Shown here: piece after piece, positions 29,203-39,790 of the stretch | Numbering within the stretch: position 1 is the first letter of the stretch | Layout: every line of letters begins with the position of its first letter | From: an uncultured Actinomycetota bacterium | GTDB taxonomy: Bacteria > Actinomycetota > Actinomycetes > Actinomycetales > Dermatophilaceae | Direction of reading: 5' to 3' | NCBI GenBank assembly: GCA_963828995.1 | Contig: CAWHHB010000005.1 | Span: forward strand, 249,338 to 313,337 | Length of the DNA: 64,000 nt | Translations under genes and position numbers: made by a program | Notes under the pieces: generated by a model | What the model saw: the letters and a program-made list of their open reading frames with translations, nothing else | Told to the model about the DNA's origin: nothing | The model's database searches: none

Positions 29203-31302
29203 TCAGTCCGGCAGGTGGGCCTTGGCGAGGTGGGCGGGCATCTGCTCGTAGCCGATCCGCTCGCGGGTGAAGCCGGCCGTGCCGTGCGAGACCGAGCGCA
29301 GGTCGATCGCGTAGCGGACGATCTCGCTCTCGGGCACCTCGGCGTGCACCGTCGTCCAGCCGGTCCCGTCGGGCTCGGTGCCGAGCACCCGGCCGCGCCG
29401 GGTCTGCAGGTCGGTCATCACCGGCCCCACGTGCTCGTCGTCGACCACGACCTTGACCGCGTCCACCGGCTCGAGCAGCGCCACGGTGGCCTCGGAGACG
29501 GCGTCGCGCAGCGCGAGCGCGCCCGCGGTCTGGAACGCCATGTCGCTGCTGTCGACCGAGTGGGCCTTCCCATCGGTCAACGTCACCTTGAGGTCGACCA
29601 TGGGGAAGCCGGCGAGGCAGCCGCGCTCGGCCTGGGCCCGCACCCCCTTCTCGACGCTGGCGATGAACTGCCGGGGCACCGCGCCACCGACGACCTTGTC
29701 GACGAACTCAAAGCCCCCGCCACGGGGCAGGGGCTCGATGGTGATGTCGCACACGGCGTACTGGCCGTGTCCACCGCTCTGCTTGACGTGCCGCCCGTGG
29801 CCGGAGGACGGCGCGACGAACGCCTCGCGCAGCGGCACCCGCAGCGGCTCGGTCTCGACCGTCACGGTGTAGCGCTCGCGCAGCCGGTCCAGCAGCACGT
29901 CGACGTGGGCCTGGCCCATCGTCCACAGCACGACCTGGTGGGTCTCGGCGTTGTGCTCCAGCCGCATGGTCGGGTCCTCGGCCACCAGCCGCTGCAGCGC
30001 CCCGGCCAGCTTGTCCTCGTCGGACTTGGTCGCCGGGCGGATCGCCACCGGCAGCAGCGGCTCGGGCAGCACCCACGGCTCCACGACGGCGGGGGAGTCC
30101 TTGCTGCTCAGCGTGTCGGTCGTCTCGGCGCGCGACAGCTTGGCGACCGCGCAGAGGTCGCCGGCGATCGCCTCCGGCTTGGGCCGCATCGTGTCGCCCA
30201 GCGGTGAGGACAGCAGCCCGATCCGCTCGTCCTCGTCGTGGTCGTCGTGGCCCTCGACCTCGTGCCCGGCGAACCCGGCGAGGTGGCCGGAGACGTGGAC
30301 GACCGTGTCGGGGCGCATGGTGCCGCTGAACACCCGCACGAGGCTGACCCGGCCGACGTACGCGTCGTTGGTGGTGCGCACCACCTCGGCGACCAGCGGC
30401 GCGTCCGGGTCGCACTGCAGCGGCGGCAGCGCCCGACCGGCGGGGGTCATCGCGGTCGGCAGGGGGTGCATCGTCGGCGGCGGGAACGCGGCGGAGAACA
30501 GGTGCAGCAGCTCGCCCAGCCCCACACCGGAGGCGGTGGACACCGGGACGACGGGGTAGAACGTGCCCCGGCTGACCGCGGTCAGCAGGTCGGCGATGAC
30601 GGTGTCGAGCCCGACCTCCTCGCCGCCGAGGTAGCGCTCGAGCAGCGTGTCGTCCTCGGACTCCTGGATGATCGCCTCGATCAGCGGGCCGCGGTGCGCC
30701 TCGAGCACGGCGTCGTGCTCCGGCCCGGCCGGGGAGAGGACCTGCTCGCCGTCGACCCAGCGGTAGACCTGCCGGGTCAGCAGCCCGAGGTTGCCGGTGA
30801 CGGCCGACCCGCTGCGTACCGGCAGGTACAGCGGCAGGACCAGGTCCCCGAACGCCTCCCGGCACCGCGCCACCGTCCCCTCGATGTCGGCCCGCGCGAC
30901 GTCCAGCTTGGTCACCGCGACCGCGCGCGGCGTGCCGACCGCGGCGCACTCCTGCCACAGGGCCCGGGTCGCGGCGTCGACCCCGTCGGAGGCCGACACG
31001 ACGAACAGCGCGGCGTCCGCGGCCCGCAGGCCGGCGCGGAGCTCGCCGACGAAGTCGGGGTAGCCGGGGGTGTCGATGAGGTTGAGCACCACGCCGTTCG
31101 TCGCGACGGACGCGACGGCCATCTGGATGGACCGCTCGTCGTCGGTGGGCCGGGGCCGGTGCTCGGGGACGGCGGCGGCGACCAGGTGCTCGAACAGGGT
31201 GGTCTTGCCGGAGCCGCTGTGGCCGACGAGCACGACGTTGCGCAGCTCCTCCGGCCGGGTGGGGACGGGGACGGAACCAACGGACGCGGCCTTGGCGCTC
31301 AT
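29203..31302 (-). CDS. Elongation factor G-like GTPase (EF-G paralogue)
   Basis: Intact ORF. G1 is VGHSGSGKTT and G3 is DTPGYPDF. EF-G domains II-V are present (..HGRHVKQSGGHGQYAVC..). ATG 31302 was chosen (MSAKAAS). Confidence 0.8.
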   Translation of the reverse strand: MSAKAASVGSVPVPTRPEELRNVVLVGHSGSGKTTLFEHLVAAAVPEHRPRPTDDERSIQMAVASVATNGVVLNLIDTPGYPDFVGELRAGLRAADAALFVVSASDGVDAATRALWQECAAVGTPRAVAVTKLDVARADIEGTVARCREAFGDLVLPLYLPVRSGSAVTGNLGLLTRQVYRWVDGEQVLSPAGPEHDAVLEAHRGPLIEAIIQESEDDTLLERYLGGEEVGLDTVIADLLTAVSRGTFYPVVPVSTASGVGLGELLHLFSAAFPPPTMHPLPTAMTPAGRALPPLQCDPDAPLVAEVVRTTNDAYVGRVSLVRVFSGTMRPDTVVHVSGHLAGFAGHEVEGHDDHDEDERIGLLSSPLGDTMRPKPEAIAGDLCAVAKLSRAETTDTLSSKDSPAVVEPWVLPEPLLPVAIRPATKSDEDKLAGALQRLVAEDPTMRLEHNAETHQVVLWTMGQAHVDVLLDRLRERYTVTVETEPLRVPLREAFVAPSSGHGRHVKQSGGHGQYAVCDITIEPLPRGGGFEFVDKVVGGAVPRQFIASVEKGVRAQAERGCLAGFPMVDLKVTLTDGKAHSVDSSDMAFQTAGALALRDAVSEATVALLEPVDAVKVVVDDEHVGPVMTDLQTRRGRVLGTEPDGTGWTTVHAEVPESEIVRYAIDLRSVSHGTAGFTRERIGYEQMPAHLAKAHLPD

Positions 31303-31370
31303 GACGACACGATGGCCGCTTGCGGGCGTCGGCACAACCCCGAGTCGGCGGTCAGTACTCTGGGCCCACC

Positions 31371-31983
31371 ATGCTGAACCGATTCGCGCGAGCCTTCTTC
31401 ACCAAGCTCTTCACCCCCGTCGCCCGGCTGCTCCTGCGGCTCGGCATCAGTCCCGACATCGTGACGGTCGTCGGCACCGTCGGTGTGTGCTTCGGAGCCC
31501 TGGCCTTCTACCCCCGGCACGAGTTCTTCTGGGGCACGATCGTCATCACGGTCTTCGTCTTCTCCGACACCGTCGACGGGGTGATGGCGCGGATGTCGGG
31601 CCGCTCCAGCAGCTGGGGCGCCTACCTCGACTCCACGCTCGACCGGGTGGGCGACAGCGCCATCTTCGGTGGGCTGGTCCTGTACTACGCCGGCCAGGGG
31701 CGACCAGCTGTTCATGGCCGGCCTGGCGCTGGCCTGCCTGATCCTGGGCAGCGTCGTCAGCTACGCCAAGGCACGCGCCGAGGGCCTCGGCATGACCGCC
31801 AACGTCGGCATCGCCGAGCGGGCCGACCGGCTGGTCGCCGTGCTCGCGGCCACCGGGCTGGTGGGGCTCGGCCTGCCCGAGGTCCTGCTCACCGTCGTGC
31901 TCGCCCTGCTGGCCGTCGCCAGCCTGGTCACCGTGGTCCAGCGGATGCTCGTCGTGCGCCGCCAGGCCCTCGGCGCGGTGTGA
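31371..31983 (+). CDS. pgsA: CDP-alcohol phosphatidyltransferase (phosphatidylinositol phosphate synthase-like), one frame break
   Basis: FSDTVDGVMARM..GAYLDSTLDRVGD (D-x2-DG-x2-AR..G-x3-D-x3-D). The frame break is near 31700. It is followed by the htrB-like and pimA-like genes, as in the mycobacterial PIM locus. Confidence 0.8.
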
Positions 31984-32933
31984 GCGCGCTCGCCGAGCGG
32001 GCCTCACTGGCCGCCTACCGCGTCGGCTGGTACCTCGTCCGCCGGATGCCCGGCCGCCTGGCCTACCGCACGTTCGACCTCATCGCCGACGTCGCCTGGC
32101 GCCGTGGCGGCGCCGGGGTGCGGCGGCTGCGCAGCAACTACGCGCGGGTGCGCCCCGAGCTCGGGCCGGCAGCGCTGGACGCCCTCGTCCGCGAGGGGAT
32201 GCGCTCCTACCTGCGCTACTGGTGCGACGCGTTCCGGCTGCCCGACGTGGGGGTGGACCAGCTGGTCCAGACGGTCCGCACCGAGGGCGACGGCCCGGTG
32301 CGCGAGCAGCTGGCGACCGGCCGTGGCGCGATCATGTTCTGCGGCCACCTGGGCAACTGGGACACCAGCGCCGCCTGGTCGACCACCCAGCTGGCACCGG
32401 TCACGACCGTGGCCGAGCGGCTGCGCCCCGAGGAGCTGTTCGCCCAGTTCCTCGCCTTCCGCGAGTCGCTCGGCATGCGGATCATCCCGCTGACCGGCGG
32501 CAACGACGTCTTCCGCGAGCTGCTGTCGGCGCTGCGCGGCGGCGCGTTCGTGGCCCTGCTCGCCGACCGCGACCTGACCCAGGGTGGCGTCGAGGTCGAC
32601 CTGTGCGGCCAGCCGGCGCGGATGGCGGTGGGGCCGGCCGCGCTCGCCGTGTCCACCGGCGCGGCGCTGCACCCGGCGTCGGTCCTCTACGAGCCGGCCA
32701 CCGGCCTGCCCGGCGGCCGGCGGCACCGGGTCGTCATCCGCTTCCACGACCGGGTGCCGGTGCCCGCGAGCGGCACCACCCGCGAGAAGGTGCAGCAGAT
32801 GACCCAGGCCTGCGCCGACGTCATCGGCGCCTCCATCCGCGAGCACACGCAGGACTGGCACATGATGCAGCGGGTCTTCGTCGACGACCTGACCGAGCGC
32901 CCGCTGCCCTCCGGCGACCGGGCGTCCGCGTGA
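31980..32933 (+). CDS. Lauroyl/myristoyl acyltransferase family protein (PIM acyltransferase-like)
   Basis: GTG 31980 overlaps the pgsA stop. HX4D motif CGHLGNWD. Sequence ..LADRDLTQGGVEVDLCGQPARMAVGPAALA. Confidence 0.8.
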   Translation: MSALAERASLAAYRVGWYLVRRMPGRLAYRTFDLIADVAWRRGGAGVRRLRSNYARVRPELGPAALDALVREGMRSYLRYWCDAFRLPDVGVDQLVQTVRTEGDGPVREQLATGRGAIMFCGHLGNWDTSAAWSTTQLAPVTTVAERLRPEELFAQFLAFRESLGMRIIPLTGGNDVFRELLSALRGGAFVALLADRDLTQGGVEVDLCGQPARMAVGPAALAVSTGAALHPASVLYEPATGLPGGRRHRVVIRFHDRVPVPASGTTREKVQQMTQACADVIGASIREHTQDWHMMQRVFVDDLTERPLPSGDRASA

Positions 32934-34120
32934 GGATCGGCCTGGTCTGCCCCTACTCCTTCGACGTCCCCGGAGGGGTGCAGTTCCACGTCCGTGACCT
33001 GGCCGAGTACTACCTCGCCCAGGGCCACGAGGTGAGCGTGCTCGCGCCCGCCGACGACGACACGCCCCTGCCGCACTACGTCGTCGCCTCGGGCCGCGCG
33101 GTCCCGGTCCGCTACAACGGCTCGGTGGCCCGGCTCACCTTCGGCCCGCTGACCGCGGCCCGGGTGGGCCGGTGGATCGAGCGGGGCCAGTTCGACGTCC
33201 TGCACCTGCACGAGCCGAGCACGCCGAGCGTGTCGCTGCTCGCGCTGTGGGCGGCGGAGGGCCCGGTCGTCGCGACCTTCCACACCTCCAACCTGCGCTC
33301 GCGGGTGATGCAGGCGGCCTACCCGCTGCTGCGCCCCGGGCTGGAGAAGATCAACGGCCGGATCGCGGTCTCCGAGGACGCCCGGCGCACCGTCACCACC
33401 CACGTCGGCGGCGACGCGGTCGTCATCCCCAACGGGGTCTACGTCGACCGGTTCGCCTCGGCGGTGCCCCGGGCGCAGTGGCAGGGCACCGCGCAGGCGC
33501 CGACGATCGCGTTCCTCGGCCGGATCGACGAGCCCCGCAAGGGCCTGCCGGTCCTGTCCCGTGCGCTGCCGCAGGTCGTGGCGGCGCACCCGGGCCTGCG
33601 GGTGCTCGTCGCCGGCCACGGTGACGAGGAGGCCGCCCGCGAGCGCCTGTCCCCGGACGTCTCCGCCGCCTGCGAGTTCCTCGGCGGGGTGAGCGACGAG
33701 GACAAGGCCGCGCTGCTGGCCTCGGTCGACCTGTACGTCGCGCCGCACACCGGCGGCGAGAGCTTCGGCATCGTGCTGATCGAGGCGATGAGCGCGTGCG
33801 CCCCGGTGCTGGCCAGCGACCTGGCGGCGTTCTCCCGGGTCCTGGACGGCGGCACGGCGGGGGAGATGTTCGCCAGCGAGGACGCCGACGACCTGGCCCG
33901 GCACCTGCTCGCGCTGCTGGCGGACCCGGTCCGCCGGGCCGAGCTGGGGGCCCGCGGCCGCAAGCGGGCCGACCAGTTCGACTGGTCGGTCGTGGCGGCC
34001 GACGTCATGGCCGTCTACGAGACCGTCACCAGCGGCGCGCCGCGGGTGAGCACGACGGCCGAGCCGACCTCGATGTGGCACCGGCTGGTCCGCGGCGGCC
34101 GGACGGCGGCCGGGTCGTGA
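32930..34120 (+). CDS. pimA: GT4 glycosyltransferase, phosphatidylinositol mannosyltransferase PimA-like
   Basis: GTG 32930 overlaps the upstream stop. Sequence: VRIGLVCPYSFDVPGGVQFHVRDLAE..HLHEP..GGESFGIVLIEAMSACAPVLASD (E-x7-E). Confidence 0.8.
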   Translation: MRIGLVCPYSFDVPGGVQFHVRDLAEYYLAQGHEVSVLAPADDDTPLPHYVVASGRAVPVRYNGSVARLTFGPLTAARVGRWIERGQFDVLHLHEPSTPSVSLLALWAAEGPVVATFHTSNLRSRVMQAAYPLLRPGLEKINGRIAVSEDARRTVTTHVGGDAVVIPNGVYVDRFASAVPRAQWQGTAQAPTIAFLGRIDEPRKGLPVLSRALPQVVAAHPGLRVLVAGHGDEEAARERLSPDVSAACEFLGGVSDEDKAALLASVDLYVAPHTGGESFGIVLIEAMSACAPVLASDLAAFSRVLDGGTAGEMFASEDADDLARHLLALLADPVRRAELGARGRKRADQFDWSVVAADVMAVYETVTSGAPRVSTTAEPTSMWHRLVRGGRTAAGS

Positions 34121-34671
34121 AGGACGTCGCGGGCTGGGTCGCGCTCGGCGTCGCGTGCGCCGCGCTCGTCGCCTGGTACCTCTCCTACACCGCGGCGCGC
34201 CTGGACCGGATCCACGCCCGGGTCGAGGGGGCGCTCAGCGCCCTGGACGCCCAGCTCGTACGGCGCGCCGAGGCCACCCTCGAGCTGGCCAACGCCGGCC
34301 TGCTCGACCCGGCCAGCTCGCTGCTGCTGGCCAGCGCGGCCTCGGAGTCGCTGGAGGCCAGCGACGAGCACCACGCCGGCCGCGAGGCGGTCGAGAGCAA
34401 CCTCACCGACGTCATCTCCCTCGCCCTCGCGCCCGACGCGCTGTCCACGCTGCGCGACGACGACGGGCCGGGTGCGGCGGCCCTGCGCCGGATCGCCCAG
34501 GCCAACCACCGGGTGCAGCTGGCCCGCCGGTTCCACAACGACGCCGTCACCGACGTGCGGCGGGTGCGGCGCAAGCGGGTCGTGCGGTGGTTCCGGCTGG
34601 CCGGACACGCCGAGATGCCGCGCACCTTCGAGATCGACGACGAGCTGGCCGTTCTGGAACGCTCGGCCTGA
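34117..34671 (+). CDS. Membrane-anchored hypothetical protein (distantly LemA-like)
   Basis: GTG 34117 overlaps the pimA stop. An N-terminal TM helix is followed by a helical region ([36 protein letters not shown]). The family call is weak. Confidence 0.35.
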   Translation: MKDVAGWVALGVACAALVAWYLSYTAARLDRIHARVEGALSALDAQLVRRAEATLELANAGLLDPASSLLLASAASESLEASDEHHAGREAVESNLTDVISLALAPDALSTLRDDDGPGAAALRRIAQANHRVQLARRFHNDAVTDVRRVRRKRVVRWFRLAGHAEMPRTFEIDDELAVLERSA

Positions 34672-34752
34672 GCCCCTAGAATCGGGAACGGCTCCCCTTC
34701 ACCGGCGCGGCCGCCGGATCAGCTCGCCACACTTGCGAAAGAGGCAAAACCC

Positions 34753-35662
34753 GTGTCTGCCCAGGAAAGCACCCCCACGCCCGACCACCGGCACCTCGCG
34801 CGTCAAGCGCGGCATGGCCGAGATGCTCAAGGGCGGCGTCATCATGGACGTCGTCACCCCCGAGCAGGCCAAGATCGCCGAGGACGCCGGCGCCGTCGCC
34901 GTGATGGCCCTCGAGCGGGTCCCCGCCGACATCCGCGCGCAGGGCGGCGTCTCGCGCATGAGCGACCCCGACATGGTGCAGGGCATCATCGACACGGTCT
35001 CGATCCCGGTGATGGCCAAGGCCCGCATCGGCCACTTCGTCGAGGCGCAGGTCCTGCAGAGCCTCGGCGTCGACTACATCGACGAGTCCGAGGTGCTCAC
35101 GCCCGCCGACTACGCCAACCACATCGACAAGTGGAAGTTCACCGTCCCCTTCGTCTGCGGCGCCACCCACCTCGGCGAGGCGCTGCGCCGGATCACCGAG
35201 GGTGCGGCCATGATCCGCTCCAAGGGCGAGGCCGGCACCGGTGACGTCTCCAACGCCACGATGCACATGCGCAAGATCGGTGGCGAGATCCGCCGGCTGT
35301 CCTCGATGAGCGAGGACGAGCTCTACGTCGCCGCCAAGGAGCTGCAGGCGCCGTACGAGCTGGTCAAGGAGGTCGCGACCGCCGGCAAGCTGCCCGTCGT
35401 GCTCTTCACCGCCGGTGGCATCGCCACCCCGGCCGACGCCGCGATGATGATGCAGCTCGGCGCCGAGGGCGTCTTCGTCGGGTCGGGCATCTTCAAGTCC
35501 GGCAACCCGGCCCAGCGGGCCGAGGCGATCGTCAAGGCGACCACGTTCTACGACGACCCCGACGTCATCGCCAAGGTCTCCCGTGGCCTGGGCGAGGCCA
35601 TGGTCGGCATCAACGTCGACGAGCTGCCCGAGCCGCACCGCCTGTCCGAGCGCGGCTGGTAA
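34753..35662 (+). CDS. pdxS: Pyridoxal 5'-phosphate synthase lyase subunit PdxS, one frame break near the N-terminus
   Basis: [72 protein letters not shown] 34753 is in a different frame, with the break near 34785. Confidence 0.9.
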
Positions 35663-35674
35663 CCGGCCGCACGG

Positions 35675-35714
35675 CGAACGGCCCCCTGTCCCTGCCGGGA
35701 CCGGGGGCCGTTCG
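35675..35714. terminator. Bidirectional stem-loop between convergent pdxS and kynU
   Basis: A 12-bp perfect stem, cgaacggccccc / gggggccgttcg, is extended by an inner 5-bp pairing (gtccc / gggac). Confidence 0.45.
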
Positions 35715-35730
35715 TCGCGCGCGGGGCCGG

Positions 35731-36975
35731 TCAGGTCACCGCCGCCCGGGCGCTGAACCGTGGCTCGTCGTGCTCCTTGGCCTCCAGGACGGCGGCCAGG
35801 TGCTGCGCCGCCGCCAGCGCGTCGGCGTGGGTGACGTAGAGCGGCGCGAAGCCCAGCCGCACGAGGTCCGGCTCGCGGAAGTCGCCGATGACGCCCCGCG
35901 CGATCAGCGCCTGGACGACGGCGTAGGCCTCGGGGTGGCGCAGCGAGACCTGCGACCCGCGCCGCTCGTCCTCCCGTGGCGTGACCACCTCGAGGTCGAC
36001 GCCGAGACCGCCCAGGCACTCCAGGAAGAACCGGGTGAGCGAGAGCGACTGGGCGCGCACGTCCGCCATGGACAGCCCGTCGTACGCCGTGAGCGCGGCC
36101 TCCAGCCCCAGCAGCGACAGCAGGGGAGCGGTGCCCACCCGGGCGCGGGAGATGCCCTCGGCGGCCCGGTAGTGCGGGCTCATGGCGAACGGCGCGCTGT
36201 GCCCCTGCCAGCCGGTCAGCGGCTGGTCGAACGCCTCCTGGTGGCGCGAGGCGACGTAGACGAAGGCCGGCGCGCCCGGCCCGCCGTTGAGGTACTTGTA
36301 GCCGCAGCCGACGGCGAAGTCGACCCCGTGGGCGTCCAGGTCCACGGGCAGGACGCCGGCCGAGTGGCACAGGTCCCAGCACATCAGCGCGCCGGCGTCG
36401 TGCACGGCCCGGGTGATCGCCTCGACGTCCCAGAGCTCGCCGGTGCGGTAGTCGACCTGGCCGAACGCCGCGAAGGCGAGCCGGTCGGCGTGCTCGGCGA
36501 CCGCGGCGAGCGCCTCCCCGGAGGTGACGTCGACGACCTCGAGGTCGAGCATCCGGGCGACCGAGGCGAGGACGTAGAGGTCGGTGGGGAAGGACCCGCC
36601 GTCGGTGAGGACCACGCGGCGCCCGGGGCGCATCCGCGCCGCCGCCACGAACACCTTGAACAGGTTGACCGAGGTGGAGTCCGTGACGACGACCTGACCG
36701 GGCCCGGCCCCGATGAGCCGGCCGATGACGTCGCCGACCCGCTCGGGGGCGCCCCACCAGTCGGCCTCGTTCCACGAGCGGATCAGCCGCTCGCCCCACT
36801 CGGTGGCGACCACCTGGGCCACCGCCTCGGGGACGGCCGCGGGGAGCGCACCCAGGGAGTTGCCGTCGAGGTAGATCACGCCGTCGGGCAGCAGGAACCG
36901 GTCGCGCGTCCCGGCGAGGGGGGAGGTCGCGTCGAGCCGCGCCGCGCGGGAGGAGAGGTCGTCGGAGGGTGACAT
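35731..36975 (-). CDS. kynU: Kynureninase
   Basis: Intact ORF: YLDGNSLGALP..VVTDSTSVNLFK..MCWDLCHSAGVLPVDL..FAVGCGYKYLNGGPGAPAF..PLTGWQGH. ATG 36975 is favoured because a TAGTTT -10-like hexamer lies 7 nt upstream. Confidence 0.85.
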   Translation of the reverse strand: MSPSDDLSSRAARLDATSPLAGTRDRFLLPDGVIYLDGNSLGALPAAVPEAVAQVVATEWGERLIRSWNEADWWGAPERVGDVIGRLIGAGPGQVVVTDSTSVNLFKVFVAAARMRPGRRVVLTDGGSFPTDLYVLASVARMLDLEVVDVTSGEALAAVAEHADRLAFAAFGQVDYRTGELWDVEAITRAVHDAGALMCWDLCHSAGVLPVDLDAHGVDFAVGCGYKYLNGGPGAPAFVYVASRHQEAFDQPLTGWQGHSAPFAMSPHYRAAEGISRARVGTAPLLSLLGLEAALTAYDGLSMADVRAQSLSLTRFFLECLGGLGVDLEVVTPREDERRGSQVSLRHPEAYAVVQALIARGVIGDFREPDLVRLGFAPLYVTHADALAAAQHLAAVLEAKEHDEPRFSARAAVT

Positions 36976-36982
36976 GCCCCCG

Positions 36983-36988
36983 AAACTA
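36983..36988 (-). promoter_or_regulatory. Candidate -10 (TAGTTT) for leaderless kynU
   Basis: TAGTTT on the minus strand lies 7 nt upstream of ATG 36975, with no RBS. Confidence 0.3.
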
Positions 36989-37006
36989 TCGCCCGGACGC
37001 ACGTCC

Positions 37007-37012
37007 TAGGCT
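37007..37012 (+). promoter_or_regulatory. Candidate -10 (TAGGCT) for leaderless pdxT
   Basis: TAGGCT lies 6 nt upstream of GTG 37019, with no RBS. It sits back-to-back with the kynU element. Confidence 0.3.
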
Positions 37013-37018
37013 GCAGGC

Positions 37019-37657
37019 GTGACTGCAACCCCCGTCAACATCGGTGTCCTGGCCGTCCAGGGCGATGTCCGCGAGCACCTGCGGGTGCTCGAGAGCCTGG
37101 GGGCGCGGGCGACCGGTGTGCGCCGGCCGCGCGAGCTGGACGACGTCGAGGCGCTGGTGATCCCCGGCGGGGAGTCCACCACGATGGACAAGCTGGTGCG
37201 GGCGTTCGACCTGCAGGAGCCGCTGCGCAAGCGGCTCGCCGACGGGATGCCGGCCTACGGCTCGTGCGCCGGCATGATCATGCTGGCCGACCGCATCGCC
37301 GACGCCCGGCCCGACCAGCAGACCCTCGGCGGTCTCGACATCACGGTCCGGCGCAACGCCTTCGGCCGGCAGGTGGACTCCTTCGAGGAGGACCTGCACA
37401 TGCCCCGGGTCGCGGGGGAGACCGGCAGCCGGGACGCCGGGGAGGTCTTCCGGGCCGTGTTCATCCGGGCGCCGTGGGTCGAGGAGACCGGGGCCGGCGT
37501 CGAGGTGCTCGGCACGGTCGAGTGCGGTCCGGCCACCGGCAAGGTGGTCGCGATCCGGCAGGGCAACCTGCTGGCGACGTCGTTCCACCCGGAGGTCACG
37601 GGGGACCACCGGGTCCACGAGTACTTCACGTCCATGGTGCGGGCAGCCCGCGGCTGA
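37019..37657 (+). CDS. pdxT: Pyridoxal 5'-phosphate synthase glutaminase subunit PdxT
   Basis: Intact: [47 protein letters not shown]. Confidence 0.9.
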   Translation: MTATPVNIGVLAVQGDVREHLRVLESLGARATGVRRPRELDDVEALVIPGGESTTMDKLVRAFDLQEPLRKRLADGMPAYGSCAGMIMLADRIADARPDQQTLGGLDITVRRNAFGRQVDSFEEDLHMPRVAGETGSRDAGEVFRAVFIRAPWVEETGAGVEVLGTVECGPATGKVVAIRQGNLLATSFHPEVTGDHRVHEYFTSMVRAARG

Positions 37658-37724
37658 CCCGGGCGCCGGCGACTCGGTATCATCGCCGGGATCTTCGACC
37701 TGAGAACAGAGGAAGCGAACCAAC

Positions 37725-38486
37725 ATGAGCGGCCACTCCAAATGGGCGACGACCAAGCACAAGAAGGCTGCGATCGACGCCAAGCGGGGCAAGCTCTTCG
37801 CCAAGCTGATCAAGAACATCGAGGTGGCGGCGCGCACCGGCGGCGGTGACCTGGCCGGCAACCCGACGCTGTTCGACGCCGTCCAGAAGGCCAAGAAGAC
37901 CTCGGTCCCCAACGACAACATCGACCGGGCGGTCAAGCGCGGCAGCGGGGCCGAGGCCGGTGGCGCCGACTGGCAGACCATCATGTACGAGGGCTACGCC
38001 CCCGGCGGGGTCGCGGTGCTGATCGAGTGCCTCACCGACAACCGCAACCGCGCCGCGGCCGAGGTGCGCACCGCGCTGACCCGCAACGGCGGCCAGCTGG
38101 CCGACCCCGGCAGCGTCTCCTACGTCTTCACCCGCAAGGGCGTCGTCACCGTGCCCAAGGGCTCGCTGACCGAGGACGACCTGCTCGAGGTGGTCCTGGA
38201 CGCCGGCGCCGAGGAGGTCAACGACCTCGGGGAGTCCTTCGAGATCATCAGCGAGGCCAGTGACTTCGTGGCGGTCCGCACGGCCCTGCAGGCCGCCGGC
38301 ATCGACTACGACTCGGCCGAGGCCTCGTTCGTGCCCACCATGCAGGTCGAGCTCGACGCCGACGGCGCCCGCAAGATGTTCCGCGTCATCGACGCGCTCG
38401 AGGACAGCGACGACGTGCAGACCGTCTGGGTCAACGGCGACGTCGACGACGCGGTGCTGGCCGAGCTGGACGAGGACGAGGACTAG
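37725..38486 (+). CDS. yebC: YebC/PmpR family transcriptional regulator
   Basis: Intact: [37 protein letters not shown].. Confidence 0.9.
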   Translation: MSGHSKWATTKHKKAAIDAKRGKLFAKLIKNIEVAARTGGGDLAGNPTLFDAVQKAKKTSVPNDNIDRAVKRGSGAEAGGADWQTIMYEGYAPGGVAVLIECLTDNRNRAAAEVRTALTRNGGQLADPGSVSYVFTRKGVVTVPKGSLTEDDLLEVVLDAGAEEVNDLGESFEIISEASDFVAVRTALQAAGIDYDSAEASFVPTMQVELDADGARKMFRVIDALEDSDDVQTVWVNGDVDDAVLAELDEDED

Positions 38487-38662
38487 GTCCGCGCGGACAC
38501 CGACCGGCCGGACCGGCGGCCGCCGCGCCCACGCAGGGCAGCACCGGGTCGACGCCGCGCGGCGTGGCCTGACGCCGGTCCGCCCGGCCGCTGTGTAGCG
38601 TGGGAGCCGAACACCTGTTCGGGCTCCCGCGCAGGTACGACCACGAAGAGAGGCGGACGCCG

Positions 38663-39193
38663 GTGCGCGTGCTGGGTGTCGACCCCGGGCTGACCCGGTG
38701 CGGGCTGGGCATCGTCGAGGGCGGGCTCGGCCAGCCGCTGCGGATGGTCGCCGTCGGCGTCGTCCGCACCCCCACGACCGACGCGCCGGAGGAGCGGCTG
38801 CTGGCGCTGCAGACCGAGATCGACCTGTGGCTGGCCCGGCACTCGCCCGACGCGGTCGCGGTCGAGCGGGTCTTCGCCAAGGCCAACATCAAGGGGATCA
38901 TGGGCACCGCCCAGGCGTCCGCCGTCCCGATGCTGGCGGCCGCGCGGCTGGGCCTCCCGCTGGCGATGCACACCCCGACCGAGGTCAAGGCGGCCGTCAC
39001 CGGCAACGGCCGGGCCGACAAGGCGCAGGTGACCGCGATGGTGACCCGCATCCTCGGGCTCGCCGTCGCGCCGAAGCCGGCCGACGCCGCCGACGCGCTC
39101 GCCCTGGCCATCTGCCACGTCTGGCGCGGTGGCGCCCAGGACCGTCTGCAGCGAGCGATCGCTGCCCAGAACGCGAAGGTGGCCGCCCGATGA
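38663..39193 (+). CDS. ruvC: Crossover junction endodeoxyribonuclease RuvC
   Basis: [54 protein letters not shown] 38663 was chosen. Confidence 0.9.
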   Translation: MRVLGVDPGLTRCGLGIVEGGLGQPLRMVAVGVVRTPTTDAPEERLLALQTEIDLWLARHSPDAVAVERVFAKANIKGIMGTAQASAVPMLAAARLGLPLAMHTPTEVKAAVTGNGRADKAQVTAMVTRILGLAVAPKPADAADALALAICHVWRGGAQDRLQRAIAAQNAKVAAR

Positions 39194-39790
39194 TCGCGTC
39201 CGTCAGGGGAGAGGTCCTCTCGGCCGGGCTGGACTCGGCCGTCCTCGAGGTCGGTGGGGTCGGCCTGCTCGTGCACACGACGCCCGGCACGGCCGCCGGG
39301 CTGCGCCGCGGCGCCGCAGGCGCGGCTGGCCACCACGATGGTGGTGCGCGAGGAGTCCCTCACGCTGTACGGCTTCGCCGACGAGGACGAGCGGGCCGTG
39401 TTCGAGCAGGTGCAGACGGTGTCCGGGGTGGGGCCCCGCCTCGCCCTCGCGATGCTCGCGGTGCACGCGCCCGACGCGCTGCGCGCGGCCGTCAGCACCG
39501 GTGACCTCGCCGCGCTGACCAAGGTGCCCGGCATCGGCAAGAAGGGCGCCGAGCGGATCGTGCTCGAGCTGCGCGACAAGATCGGCCTGCCCTCCGGCGC
39601 GCCGGCGGCGGCCGTGGCCGCCACGGCCCCGACCGCGCCGTGGCGCGGGCAGGTCCGCGAGGCGCTGGTCGGCCTGGGCTGGTCGGTCAAGCAGGCCGAC
39701 GACACGGTCGACCGGGTCGCCCCCGAGGCCGGCGACGGCAGTGACGTGTCCGGCCTGCTGCGGGCCGCGCTGCGGGAGCTGGGCCGGTGA
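39190..39790 (+). CDS. ruvA: Holliday junction DNA helicase RuvA, one frame break
   Basis: [29 protein letters not shown], then (break near 39310) [60 protein letters not shown]. Confidence 0.9.
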
